DNA of 64,000 bases from the human T2T-CHM13v2.0 reference genome, Homo sapiens (GCF_009914755.1 NC_060937.1), one strand, 5' to 3'. Numbered from the stretch's first letter, positions 26,845-39,802 are shown. Notes: generated from the letters alone by a model not told the origin. Numbers and translations: made by a program.

Positions 26845-28984
26845 TAGCCTAACTTATTGATCTTTTTCTTTATGATTCAGTTTTTGGTGTTTTGAAAAGC
26901 AATATTCTATTATTTTTCCCACCTAAATGTTCTAAAGTTTAATGCTAATTTTTATGTCCTTAAAGCCCCTGGAATTTATTTTCATTCATGATGTGAGAAA
27001 GGAGTCCAACTTTTTTCCCATATGCTAACCAGTTATCTGAGCACCATTTATTGAATTGTCCATGTTTTCTTGGCTGATCTCCAATGATATTTCTTTCATA
27101 TATCAAGGTACCAAATGTGGAAACATCTGTTTCTGGGCTTCTATTCTCTGTTTCAATATCTTGCTGTCTTCAAATAGTTTTATTTATAATAACACCTGCT
27201 ACAAGATAGAGTGACTCCTCTTTTCTTCTCTTCAAAATTGTTTCTTTGTGTTTTAACACACATTTTAGAATCAGCTTGTCAAGATTTAAAATTAGACAAA
27301 CACATCCAGATCATATTTAAAATTGTATTTAATTTATAGATTTCTCTTCTCAAACTGCAGGAAAAATGGGTCTGATTGTCCTTTGTTTTCTATCTACCAT
27401 CCTAGGAACAACTGTATCTTAAATCTAAAGAGCCCTATATTCACCCTCCAGGGGCAAGCTCCCCTTAGTGCATCAGAGGAGATCTGCTCTGTAACAGTGA
27501 CCACTGGAGACTTTCTAGTACCTCCACTCTAACTAGTCCAAAGGAGAAAAACCAAGCAAGTTTATTTTCCGGCAGGGTGCCCCATAAAATGAAGACTGGC
27601 AAAAATAACAAAAGAGCACAAACCAGTACAATCAGGATACAGTTGATGTTGAGATTCCATTTACATTCTTTGCAAGCCTTCTTGCTTCCTATCTCTGTCA
27701 TCACGTAACATCCTTTACCATAGGAAGAGGAGGTGGAATAAGAGAAATAGGATGCAACTTTAAGAAGGTGGGAGGGTAAGGTATGAAATTGACTTATCGA
27801 ATATTATATTTAGACGGAATTTTAAAGATTGTGTGATCTAGTCCACCCATTTTATTTTCTTTTATAGATGAGTAAAATGGTGACCCTAAGAGATTAAGTA
27901 GCTAGTCTAAAGTGTTCTAACTAGTAAATGGAAGAGCCAGGATTATTAGAGTATCTGGTTCATTGCCCTTTACTCTTTAAATGAAAATATTTAAAGGGCT
28001 ATAAAAAGAATTTTTATTACTGTGTTTTAATTAGAAGAATAGCTGCTTATTACCCAAATTTACCTTTTCTACTCATTTTACCATTATTTTGAATATCTTC
28101 GTGTTTTTAGAACTCCGAATTTCTCCTGGTACAAGACAGTCTGCTCTGATAGCATTCTCTTTCTCTCTCTCTCTATTCTGTTGTTGTTGCATGAATAATA
28201 CAAGAACAACCATTGCTTATTAATTTGTGTGGATGTGTAGCTATATTTATTTTTCTGATTGGCTTTAAGTCTTAGGCTGTTAGGAAAGTGTTCATAGGAA
28301 TTTTTATTCATTAAATACAGGTAATGTGTTAGATTAAAGCATTAGTAAATGATTTCTGCACATTTTTCTTTCCTGTTTCCTGGTTAAAAGATATTAAAAC
28401 TATTTCCTCTATTACTGGTTCTAGTTATTCAGACATAATTATTAGCATGCAGAAAAATGAGTTTTTATCTGTACTTCCAAATGGTAGTATATTTTATTTA
28501 AGTATGCCTTAAAATTATGTTAGGGTAAGACAGAATTATAACTGGAAATCATTTGGTCTAGAAAAATTGAGTAAGATGGAAATTTGGGGCACATGCTGAG
28601 TAGAGGAAATAGCAAATGAAGCTGCACTTTTGTGGAGCAAAGTTTGACACAAAGAGGGAAAGACTATCCTTTCAGCATAGAATCTTGCTACATACTCAAC
28701 ATTTCTTTGAGTATGCAGCAAATCCGTAACTTCTTCAGTGAGCTTCCTGTTGTGTATTTATAAGTCCAGTCCTATTTGTCTAATTTAAAGCTTCTTCTCT
28801 TCCCAGGCTCAGAAGCCTGCAATGGGGAGTGGGGCAAGCATCTTTGTCCTAATCCCACCCCACTCATTCTGCTGTTTCTGGGTCCTTTAGGGTCAGAGTG
28901 AAAGGGGAGCCGCAACTTGGAGGAAAAGGACAAAGGTTTATTCAACTGGGGTACTGTGATCTGGCAGAGCTGCCTTCTGTGAGA

Positions 28985-28992
28985 TGACGTCA
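28985..28992. promoter_or_regulatory. Full CRE palindrome TGACGTCA
   Basis: Exact match in unique, CpG-poor sequence; function not shown. Confidence 0.35.
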
Positions 28993-29074
28993 CAAAAAAA
29001 TTTTAAAGATGTACTTATTTATTAGAAATACTATTTCTTCATCTCTTTTTCACCCTTTAAAAGTTGTATAATTT

Positions 29075-29265
29075 TATATTTTTTTTAATTGGCAAATAAT
29101 AATTGTACATATTTATGGGGTACTTGGTGATGTTTTAACACATATAATGTATAGTGATCAGATTAGGGTAATTGTATTCACCATCTCAAACATTTATCAT
29201 TTCTTCATGTTGGGAACATTTAATATTCTCCTTCTAGATGTTTGAAACTATATGTTACCATTAAC
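29075..29265 (-). mobile_element. L1MA 3' end fragment
   Basis: Poly-T then aataattgtacatatttatggggtac..aatgtatagtgatcagat; same type as the element at 16.2-18.3 kb. Confidence 0.85.
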
Positions 29266-29527
29266 AGCTTTAGGGTTTCAGCTGAACCTCTGAGACAATA
29301 GGAAATTTTCCACTTAGTAGAGTTACTTAGGCCATGATGCTTTCCTGGGTTGGTTTGATATCCAGCATTGGAAGACGTCAAAATTAGTTTCTGTGATCAG
29401 GTTTGAGTCACCACTGCAGAGACAGCATCTTGATGTTTAGGCTTTGGGCTTTTGGTTTGTAGCCCAGGCTGGATGTGTGTGCATTTGTGTGGGGGTGTGC
29501 ATGTGTGCATGTTGTGGCAAAGGGTAG

Positions 29528-29961
29528 TGTATTTGTCGAGGCTCTCCAAAAAAGCAGTCCTTTTGAATTGGCTCTTGTAATTGCAGGAACTGGCAAGTCT
29601 AAAACTTTTAGTGCAGGAGAGTAGGTTGAAAATTTAGGCAAGAGTTGATGTCAAAGTCTTGAGTCTGAAATCTGCAGACCAGACCAGCAGGCTGGAAATT
29701 CAGGCAAGATTTCTATGTTGCAGTTTGGAGACAGAATTCCTTCTTCTTTGGAAAACCTCAGTCTTTTCTCTTAATAACTTCAACTGATTGGAAGAGTCTC
29801 ACCCATATTACAGATGGTTTTCTGTTTTACTTAAAGTCAGTGATATTAAATGTTAATCACATCTAAAGAACACTTTCGCAGCAACACCTAGATTAATGTT
29901 TGATCAGATACCTGAGTACCATAGAGCCTGACCAAGTTGATGCATAGAATTAGCCTTCATA
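29528..29961. mobile_element. MLT2B-like (ERVL) LTR
   Basis: ggcaagtctaaaa..gcaggctggaaattcaggc..cagaattccttcttc..caactgattgg..ccaagttgatgcatagaatta. Confidence 0.75.
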
Positions 29962-30617
29962 AGTTGATAGCATGTTGAGTCTTCTTTTTCTTCATTCTGC
30001 TTCTCAACAATGACTGAGGCTGAGGCATGTAATACTAGCCCAAGCACTCAGTTTCTCTTTTCCATGGACAAAATGACATCAAATTTAAATTAAAACACTC
30101 TTATTAATGTCATTCTTTGGTTAACCTCTGTCTTCTCTACTAGACTATGAGCTACTGAATAGCAGATATTGAATCTGCTTTTGCTTGCCATTTTATCTCC
30201 AGGGCCACATTAAAAAAAATTTTTTTGGAGAGTAAATGAGGGAGTAGTTGTGTTTGTCCAGCACATTTTTACCAGAGTAGAAAAGCAGACACAGGGAAAG
30301 AGACCTAGGCAGAGACAGTGATCAGGCATTTTTGGCGTGGAGTACTCCGTGATTCACACTCCAACACTGAGCAAAGCGGCTGGCAGTAAAAGAAACTGTC
30401 AGGGTGAGAATGTCCTTAACAGACATGTTGCTCTTTGACGTTGTTTTTCTTTGCTTGGCCACTATTTGTAAAAAGAAGGAAGAAGAATTTATGATGAAGA
30501 AACAAGAGATTGTATTCTCATAATTTACAAACAGAATGAAAGTTCACTTGTTAAAACTTGAAGTGGAAGAATGTTTCAAAGAGCTTTTGAAGCTAAGTTC
30601 ATTTGAAACTAAGTCTT

Positions 30618-30900
30618 AAAAACCACATGTTCTCGCTTATGAGTGGGAGCTAACCAATTGGTATACATGGACATACAGAGTGGAATAATAGACATCAGAG
30701 ACTCCAAAAGATGGGAGGAGGAGAGGGGGCTGAGGGATGAAATACTACCTATTGGGTACAATGTACAGTATTAGTGTGATGGTGACACTAGAAGGCCAGA
30801 CTTCAGCACTACGCAAAATATCCATGTAACACAACTGCACTTGTACCCCTAAATCTATAAAAATAAAACACAAAATGTAAAAAAAAAAAAAAAAAAACAC
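30618..30900 (+). mobile_element. L1PB-like 3' end with poly-A
   Basis: catgttctcgcttatgagtgggagcta..ggacatacagagtggaataatagac..ccatgtaacacaactgcacttgtacccctaaatctat plus A-tail. Confidence 0.9.
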
Positions 30901-32078
30901 AATAAAAAACAAAGCCTGAGAATTCAACGAATCAAGAAACTAGGAGAATGTGTTGTGTATATGCCCTAAAGGAGTTGACAGACTGATTTGAAAGCTATTA
31001 TGTGCTTTGTGGTCATTGCATGAGAGGAAATCATGAGATTATGGGAAACAAATCATAGACTTTCCTGTCCTTTCTGTTTTCATACACTAATTCATTGAGT
31101 CCTGTTTCATCATTATTCTTCCTTTAAACATCCTCTTACAGCCACCTAATATCCTGGATAGAACAAGAGTGACAGAATAGACTAGCCTGGGTTTTCGTCA
31201 ATCAGGATTTATGGCTTTGTACTCAGCCCCAGGCTCCTTTAATGTCTTCCCTGAGCCTTCGCAGATAGGCTGTGCACATGGAGAGTGAGTGCAGAGTGGT
31301 TACCATTGAGCTCATAATTGAGTTCAAGGAGGAGTGATAGGAGAGAAGATCAAACTTACTCATTGCCTGCTGAGTGCAAACACGATAGTGGGTGATCTGT
31401 TCTGCAACATCTCACTTAATTCATGGAAATTAGCTATTATTTAATTGGAACTGAGGTTCAGAAAAGTTTAGTGATTTTCTAGATTCTTAGCTAGAAACTA
31501 GTGGATTCAAGATTGAAATCTATTTGCTCTGGTTTCAAAGCCCAGATTTTTCTTGCTCTTTCACATTGATTCCTGTTCATGACACAAGACAATATAGGTT
31601 CTTTCTTAAATATCTCCCAGGAAATGACAATTGATTCTGTGATATAACAAGAAAAAGTGTCAATGCCCCAAATAACATTTTTAGCCTTTGATTCGTCGTT
31701 AGAGCATGAAATTACACATACACATGTGTACACACATATACACACTTCCACCTCACCCCCATTACTTCTGAATGTGCAAGCACTTCATATACCTTGCATG
31801 CATCATCACCTATAGTCTTGCCAACGGTCCTGTAGTGTAGGCACTGTCATTCTTATTTTTGAAGAAGAAATTGAGACTCAGATGATTTTCCTAAAGCTAC
31901 ATAGTAGGACAGAGAGCTGAGATGGGCACCCACATATCTGTGTACCCAAAGCTAACTGCTCTTAACCACTATGATATATTGCCATTCATTTATTTATTAA
32001 TTTAACAAGTATTTGAGTGCTTTCTCTATTCTACACTATACTAGACAACGTGCATACAACAATGAAAATTACTTCTTG

Positions 32079-32815
32079 TTTTTTTTTTTCAACTTTTATT
32101 TTAGAGTCGTAGGGTACATATGCAAGTTTATTATATGGGTATATTGTGTGATGCTGACGTTTGGGGTATGAATCATCCTGTTACCCAGGTACTGAGCATA
32201 GTACTCAATAGTTAGTTTTTCAACCCTTGCTCCCCTTCCTCCCTCCTCCCTCGGGTAGTCCCCAGAGTCTTTTGTTCCCATCTTTATGTCCATGAGTAGC
32301 CATTGTTTAGTGCGCACTTATAAGAAAAGAACGTGTAGTATTTGGTTTTCTGTTCCTGTGGTAATTCACTTAGGATAATAACCTCCAAAGAACATGATTT
32401 CATTCATTTTTTATGGCTACATAGTATTCCATGGTGTATATGTACCACATTTTCTTTGTTGAGTCCATTGAGCCCATGGTGGGCACCTAGGTTGATTCCA
32501 TGTCTTTGCTATTGTGAATAGTGGTGCAATGAACATGAGAGCACATGTAGAGAGCGATTTGTTTTCTTTTGGATATATATCCGGTAATGGGATTGCAGGG
32601 TTGGATGGTAGTTCTAAGTTCTTTGAGAAATTTTCAAACTGCTTGCCATAGTAGCTGAACTAATTTATATTCCTACAAACTGTATAAATGTTCCCTATTC
32701 TTTGCAGCCTTATTAGCATCTTTTTTTTTTTTGACTTTTTAGTAATAGCCATTCTGACTAATGTGAGATGCTGCTCCTCATTGTGGTTTTGATTTGCCAT
32801 TTCTCTGATGATTAT
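32079..32815 (-). mobile_element. L1PA15/16-like 3' end
   Basis: Poly-T, gggtacatatgcaag..cccaggtactgagcatagtac..ggctacatagtattccatggtgtatatgtaccacatttt. Confidence 0.9.
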
Positions 32816-33452
32816 AAAATCACCTATCTTTTAACCTAAGGGAGTTCAGCCAGGTAGGGAAAACAGACACATAATCAGGCAATGGTAATAACATTTGGTA
32901 AAGCAATGATGAATATGTATTCAGGACTGTAATATGCAGATATGTGTAGGAACTATACATATCTCCCTCATGGCAGCTCAGAGGAGAGATGCCTAATTTG
33001 GTCTTTGCTGCAGTGCTTGGGATTGAGGATTATGTCACGAAGGGATTCTTCTGGGAGAAGGTGACTCTTCTTTCATATGAATCTTAATTAGTGATAAAAA
33101 GCTTACCAGCTAGAGACAGCTGAAATGGAGAAAGCACTACACATAGAGGGAATTGTGTGGTCCAAAGCACAGAGAAGACACCAAGTGTGGTATGTTTTGT
33201 AGAAAGATTGTAAGAAGTTCAGTGATGCTGGAGTGAGAGAGCGAGGCAGGGAATTATGAGCAATGAGGTCAAAGAGATTTTTGGCTGCATTAAGGAGCTT
33301 GAACTTTTCTAGATCAATGGTTATGGATCTCTGAGAATTTGATTAAATCTATTTATCCCAGAAAAATGGTGTGCGTCCAAGATTGCACAGTCATATACAC
33401 TATCCCCCTGAACACATGCTATATACTTTTACAATTTTAAATATGAATCATG

Positions 33453-34452
33453 TATTTTTGGGTGGAGAGTTCTGTAGATATCTATAAGGTCCATTTGATC
33501 CAGTGCTGAGATGAGGTCCTGATATCTTTGTTAATTTTTTGTCTTGATGCTCTGTCTAATACTGTCAGTGGAGTGTGAAAGTTTCCCACTATTAATGTGT
33601 AGGAGTCTAAGTCTCTTTTAAGGTCTCTAAGAACTTGCTTTATCAATCTGAGTGTTTCTGTGTTGGGTACATATATATTTAGGATAATTAGATCTTCTTG
33701 TTGAATTGAAACTTTTACCATTATGTAATGATCTTGTCTTTTTTGATCTTTGCTGGTTTAAAGTCTGTTTTGTCAGAAAGTAGGATTGCAACCCCTACTT
33801 TTTGTTTTGCATTTGCTTGGTAGATTTTTCTCCATCTCTTCATTTTTAGCCTATGTATGTCATTGCGTGTAAAGACAGAAATACCACTGGACTCAGCAAT
33901 CCCATGACTGAGTATGTACCCAAAGGAATATAAGTTGTTCTATTATAAAGATACATGCACATGTATGTTCATTATCAAGACACATGCAGCACTGTTCACA
34001 ATAACAAAGGCATGGAATTGACCTAAATGCCCATCAGTGATAGACTGGATAAAGAAAATGTGGTATATATACACTATGGAATACTATGCATCCATAAAAA
34101 GAACCAGGTCATGTGCTTTGCAGGGACATGGATGGAGCCAGAGGCCATTATCCTTAGCAAACTAATGCAGGAACAAAAAACCATATACTGCATGTTCTCA
34201 CTTTTAAGTGGCAACTAAATGTTGAGAACACATGGATACGTAGAAAGGAACAACATACACCAAGGCCTATCAGAGGGTAGAAGGTGTGAGGAGGGAGGGG
34301 ATCAGGAAGAATAACTAATGGGTACTAGGCTTAATACCTAGGTGAGGAAATAATCTGTACAACAAACCCTCATGAAACAAGTTCACCTATGTACCAAACC
34401 TGCACATGTATCCCTGAACTTAAAAGTTAAATATTTTAAATGACCAAAAAAA
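33453..34452 (+). mobile_element. 5'-inverted (twin-primed) old L1PA (L1PA13-15-like)
   Basis: 33453-33870 is antisense ORF2 endonuclease sequence (track ORF 33482-33721 VKVSIQQEDLIILNIY); 33871-34452 is the sense 3' end plus A-tail; aatcatg occurs on both flanks. Confidence 0.85.
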
Positions 34453-36949
34453 AATCATGCGGATCTATAGAATCCCCAAAGTTGATGTGGCCCACAGACC
34501 TAGATTAAGAGAAAGTCCTCCTCTAGAGAATGTTAGAGTGAAATGTAGTTAGAAATGGAGGAACCTGGGATAGTTGATGGTTGACTTTTTTCTGAGAACA
34601 GTTTTTGTGTGTAAATAAACACAATAAATAAATAAATTTGAGGTCCTTTCGTCATCTCAGATGTTTCTTCACTCAGATCTTGAGCTGATATCTAAAAGAA
34701 AAAGAATGAAGAAAGTGGAAGGAAAGGCAACATTCTTAGGGTGTCTACTGAGTCCTAAGTACTTGGCAAACTTTATCTCATTGAATTCTCACAATAGAAT
34801 ACAAAAAATAAGGAAAAGGAAATTGAAGTAGCTAAAGGAACTTCTCTAACTTTACTCAGCAAGTTAAAGGAAGAGCCAGGATATGAAATTGGAATTATCT
34901 TTTTCTCAAGCCCCACGCTTTGTCTATGAGACTACTTAATATCTCTGGAATGGGAAGAAGATGATTGTACATGACATATTCCTCTACTTTTTCTTACCTA
35001 AGGTACTTACTAGAAAAAGCTCAAAATCACCACCACTAAACGCCTATGTAAGAAAACAGTTTTGTGCTTTAATTGTCCTCTGCTTTTGGAGTTTTATTTA
35101 CTGTATGAGTTTCATCTAAGTTCATAAAAGTCAATAAACTCAATATTCCAGAAACCACTTGCAATTTAACATCTAGATAATTAGGGTAACAAAAACAAGT
35201 TAATTCAATGTTGGTTTTTGATGGTGATTAACTTACTTCCATTTCTTTACCTAAAGCAAGAAAGAGTTCAGAAATAAAGTAATGGGAATCTGCTGCACTC
35301 AAGGAGATAGATGCAAGAACAAAAGATTTGTTATGAAACCCTTAAAAATCACAGTGCCCTTTTAGCTAATTATAGTGACTTAATTAAAGTTATTTTTAAG
35401 TAATAGTTAATTATGCTTAATTAAAGTAATTACATAATTAGCCAGGAGAATTTGAATGAACCATAATGTAGATATGTTTGGCCTCTGAGGATCAAGTATA
35501 CTAGTTTGCATAAATCCAAAAACATCTCCATAGTGTGCATGGAACAAGATATGAAATAAAGCCTAGGTTATGGTTTCAACTGCACAAAACTACTACTAAC
35601 AATGAATAAATTTATGCATGATTCCACATAGTGTACTACTGTGCTTTCAAAAAATATAACGTGAGATTATATTAGATTTGATTTCTTTTAATGTAGGTTT
35701 ACTTTGGGGAAGCAAATTAATATTAAATGTCTAACAGTCAATGCTGTTTGTGTTTTTAAAGTCTAAATTATCTTTTTACATCCATGCATTATTCAAATTT
35801 ACCAGATGCTATAGGGATTCTGGCTGACTTTAGGAAAGCTCTAGCATTTTGTTTGATGTGGAGACACAATTTGAACTGAAATATCTGGGCCTAGCATAGC
35901 TACTGTCCTGTTCTCGATTTAATAATAAAAGCTACTGGATCCATAGGCAAATGTGTAGCCTTCCCTGGGCCTTGGTAGTGCTTGTTAACAACCTCCCTTA
36001 ATAGCTTCTTGGCTTTGCTGTTGCTGGGATATGCCATTATTTAGGAGAATTCCCAAGGAATTATTATTGTGTCAATAGTTCTTAAAGTACAGTATCCCAG
36101 AATCGTCTAAGTTGTGTGCTTACAGGCTACTTTTCATCTCTTCTGGATAAGCATTTTCCCCCTAGATGAGCCTCCCAGCAAGGTCATAGTCATAAAAAGT
36201 CTGTGATTGATCTAAGCTGCTGCCTAGATTTTCTGGCTCCTCAAGTTTTTTATTCAATTTTCTGGTGGGCAGTTGCTACTCTTTCTCTTTAACAAAGGAT
36301 ATTATTAAAAAAGCTGTGGTCTCAGCCCATAAATGAATGTTAAGCAGACAGTGAGATTTTAGTATTTTTTTTTTCCTTGTATGTAGTCACACTGGGATAG
36401 AAGAGAGGGATGATGGTCTCCGAGAATCGAGCCATAAGAGGAGAGCTCAGCTCTCAGGCTGAGCTCTTTTAAAAGTGCTGACATTCACCATCACCTCTCA
36501 GGAATTCTGTTTTGTAGTGGTGGGCACATTATTAGTTCCTAGTAGAAAAAGATCACAGCAATAGGTACTCCTAATAGAGTCTCTTACCTCCTCAAAGGCT
36601 CGTGACATCTCCTGAGACTCTCTGAGACCCAGTAGATGAGAAGTTCAAAGTATTGATGAGTTCTTAAAATGAACATTTTTTTCTCATTTAAAATATATTT
36701 TATTTAACCACTACAGTAATTATTTCATTAATTACTGTGTAATTTCAAGACTGATGCATGTTCATTGTAAAAGGAAAGAGACCCCAGAGAAAATCAAATA
36801 AAAATCCATGAACAGAGTAAACCGTTCTGCAGACCATAGGGATTGGTTTAGCTGTGGTCCTGCAAAGGTTAAGTAGGCAAATAGAACAATTTGCCAAACT
36901 GATATACAAATATCTAGAAATGGAAATGCCCTTGTGCACACGATGCTAG

Positions 36950-37190
36950 GTTGACAGGGTGTGAATGTAGAGCTGTTGGTGAGTCATCTTCCACCCCATG
37001 TGGAGGGAGACTTTGCAGGTCCAAATGAACACAGAGAAAAGCAGAGTTGAGAGAAGAAGAGAAAGAGCCTTAATGGTGTCACTTGAGCCCAAATATTTTA
37101 CTATTTCTGCAAAAGTCCACTATTAGATTCCTTTTGTTGCTTAAACTGGTTTGAGCTCTTGGCTTCTGTAACTTGCAGTTGAAAGGGTGA
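36950..37190. mobile_element. MLT1-type LTR fragment
   Basis: ttgcttaaactggtttgagct..ttctgtaacttgcagttgaaag, typical MLT1 end. Confidence 0.5.
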
Positions 37191-37379
37191 GACAATACTT
37201 GCATGCCTTTGTCTTATTGTGAAGCACTGTGCATTCCATAAATTCCCAGTGACCTGGGGAATGACTGTCATGAGGTCATGGTTGAGCTTCAATGTGAAAT
37301 GCAACTGGAAGTACCAGAGAAAAAGAGAGAATTTCTAATATGAGAAATAAAGATGAAGGGAGACTGAAACTAAATATTT

Positions 37380-37935
37380 ATTAAATACAAATGGGAGAAT
37401 GGTAACTTTACAGTGGAGAAACCTAAATGACAACACCTTAACCAAGTGATCAAATTAACATCACCAGTTAAGGCATATTGATATCATGTATCCCTTGATA
37501 TGATTCATTGAGAAGAGCATATCACATCTCTGGTATCCTTTCCAACCATTCCTAACTCAATCTAATCATGAAAAAGCATCAGACAAGCCCAAATTGAGAG
37601 AAATTCTACAAAATGACTGATGCTCTTCAAAAGTGTTAAGATCATGATAGAGAAAGACAGGAACAGCTATAGATTAGAGGAAGCTAAGAAGACATGATAT
37701 CTAAATGCAATATGAGTTGCAGTATCAACTTGATGCAATTTAATGCAATATTAATTAGATTCTTAAAGAGGACATTCACAGACAAAAAGTGGTGAAGTCT
37801 GAATGAAGTCTGTAGCATAGTTAATAATATTGTACCAATGCACTTAGGGGAAGCTGGTTGAAGGGTATATGGGAACTCTCTGAATTACTTTTGCAACTCT
37901 TACATGAGTCTAGAATTCCTTCAAGATAAAAAGTT
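37380..37935 (+). mobile_element. L1MC/L1ME 3' end
   Basis: ggtaactttacagtggagaaacct..ttaaccaagtgatcaa..caagcccaaattgag..gggtatatgggaactctctg. Confidence 0.75.
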
Positions 37936-38599
37936 AGGACAAATAGTACACACAGCAAGAAAAAAGAGTGGAGGAGATAATAAGGGTGATAGAAATGAAA
38001 GAGAAGTGGTGTTGATGACCGTAGAAAGCCCTTGCATAGGGGCAGAATATTTCTCTAGCTTTAGTGGAGAGGAAGAGCTATCCAGTAGGAGCTGTTGGAT
38101 GGAACCTCTTCCTCTATCTCCTTCATTCCATTAAGGTCCTGCTTTCTGCCTCAGGACTTCATGACACATTTGGCTAATATCTGGCAGATTATTCTTCAAT
38201 ATTCTTAGTCTCTAGAGCTATTGAAATTCTTCATTCCTCCTTGTCTATTCATTAGTATTTGAATGGAAAGTTAGGAGAAGGAATTCGTATTTTCTCATTG
38301 TCTTTATTGGCAATGTCAATATGATCAGGCATCTGTATTTTCTCATCGTCTTTATTGAGTAGGAGTACTTTTATATAATCCAAGGAGTCCATTATGTAGA
38401 TGAATATTACAGTGATTCCTCATTGGACGGAAGCAGATTGCATTATTCTTTGTAATTCACATAATTAGAATAGTACTTGGAACATAAGTAGATGCTCAGT
38501 CAATATCAATGTGTCTATAAAATAATTTTTGATGTCAGCTACATATTTGAAATCTTACTGAATATTTATAAAGATGTAGTGAACTTTGCAAACATATTT

Positions 38600-38830
38600 T
38601 TATTAAACATGTAATTTGTACCAGCCACTATGCTAAGTGGCTTAAATAGCCATTCACTTTTTCAGTCTTCAAAACACCTATGAGGCAGTATTATCGTTTT
38701 ACAGATGAGGGAAATGGGGCCCACAGAGGTTAAATAACTTGCCCATTTTACACTAAGTTGCCAGCCTAGACTTCTAGCCCTTCTTTGTCTGACTCATACC
38801 TTCATATTCCTGACTACTATACTCTACTGC
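38600..38830. mobile_element. MIR SINE
   Basis: ttttacagatgaggggaaatggggcccacagaggttaaataacttgccc core. Confidence 0.7.
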
Positions 38831-38896
38831 CTTTCTGAAAAGATGTTAAGCATTCTCAATCAGTTTCAAAACTGATACATTTAAAGTGAATAATTG

Positions 38897-39802
38897 AGGG
38901 GGAGAAGCCAAGATGGCCGAATAGGAACAGCTCCAGTCTACAGCTCCCAGCGTGAGCGATGCAGAAGACGGGTGATTTCTGCATTTCCATCTGAGGTACC
39001 GGGTTCATCTCACTAGGGAGTGCCAGACAGTGGACACAGGTCAGTGGGTGCGTGCACCATGTGCAAGCCGAAGCAGGGTGAGGCATTGCCTCACTTGGGA
39101 AGTGCAAGGGGTCAGGGAGTTCCCTTTCCTAGTCAAAGAAAGGGGTGATGTACAGCACCTGTAAAATCGGGTCACTCCCACCCGAATACTGTGCTTTTCC
39201 GACAGGCTTAAAAAACAGCGCACCACAAGATTATATCCCGCACCTGGCTTGGAGGATCCTATGCCCACGGAGTCTTGCTGATTGCTAGCACAGCAGTCTG
39301 AGATCAAACTGCAAGGCAGCAGCGAGGCTGGGGGAGGGGCGCCAGCCATTGCCCAGGCTTGCTTAGGTAAACAAAGCAGCCAGGAAGCTCGAACTGGGTG
39401 GAGCCCACCACAGCTCAAGGAGGCCTGCCTGCCTCTGTAGGCTCCACCTCTGGGGGCAGGGCACAGACAAACAAAAAGACAGCAGTAACCTCTGCAGACT
39501 TAAATGCCCCTGTCTGACAGCTTTGAAGAGAGCAGTGGTTCTCCCAGTACGCAGCTGGAGATCTGAATGGGCAGACTGCCTCCTCAAGTGGGTCCCTGAC
39601 CCCTGACCCCGAGCAGCCTAACTGGGAGGCACCCCCCCAGCAGGGGCACACTGACGCCTCACATGGCAGGGTACTCCAACAGACCTGCAGCTGAGGGTCC
39701 TGTCTGTTAGAAGGAAAACTAACAAACAGAAAGGACATCCACACCAAAAACCCATCTGTACATCACCATCATCAAACACCAAAAGTAGATAAAACCACAA
39801 AG
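38897..39802 (+). promoter_or_regulatory. L1 5'UTR bidirectional (sense and antisense) promoter
   Basis: YY1 site caagatggccg intact near 38909; many CpGs decayed to TG/CA. Confidence 0.8.
39041..39349 (-). CDS. ORF0: L1 antisense ORF0 (102 aa, alternative longer C-terminus)
   Basis: MAGAPPPASLLPCSLISDCCASNQQDSVGIG... matches primate L1 ORF0; ATG in gcaATGg context. Confidence 0.75.
   Translation of the reverse strand: MAGAPPPASLLPCSLISDCCASNQQDSVGIGSSKPGAGYNLVVRCFLSLSEKHSIRVGVTRFYRCCTSPLSLTRKGNSLTPCTSQVRQCLTLLRLAHGARTH

Noticed and set aside
36442-36470. 10-bp hairpin followed by a T-run, like an intrinsic terminator
   Set aside because: Eukaryotic DNA with no upstream gene; short hairpins arise by chance in 64 kb.
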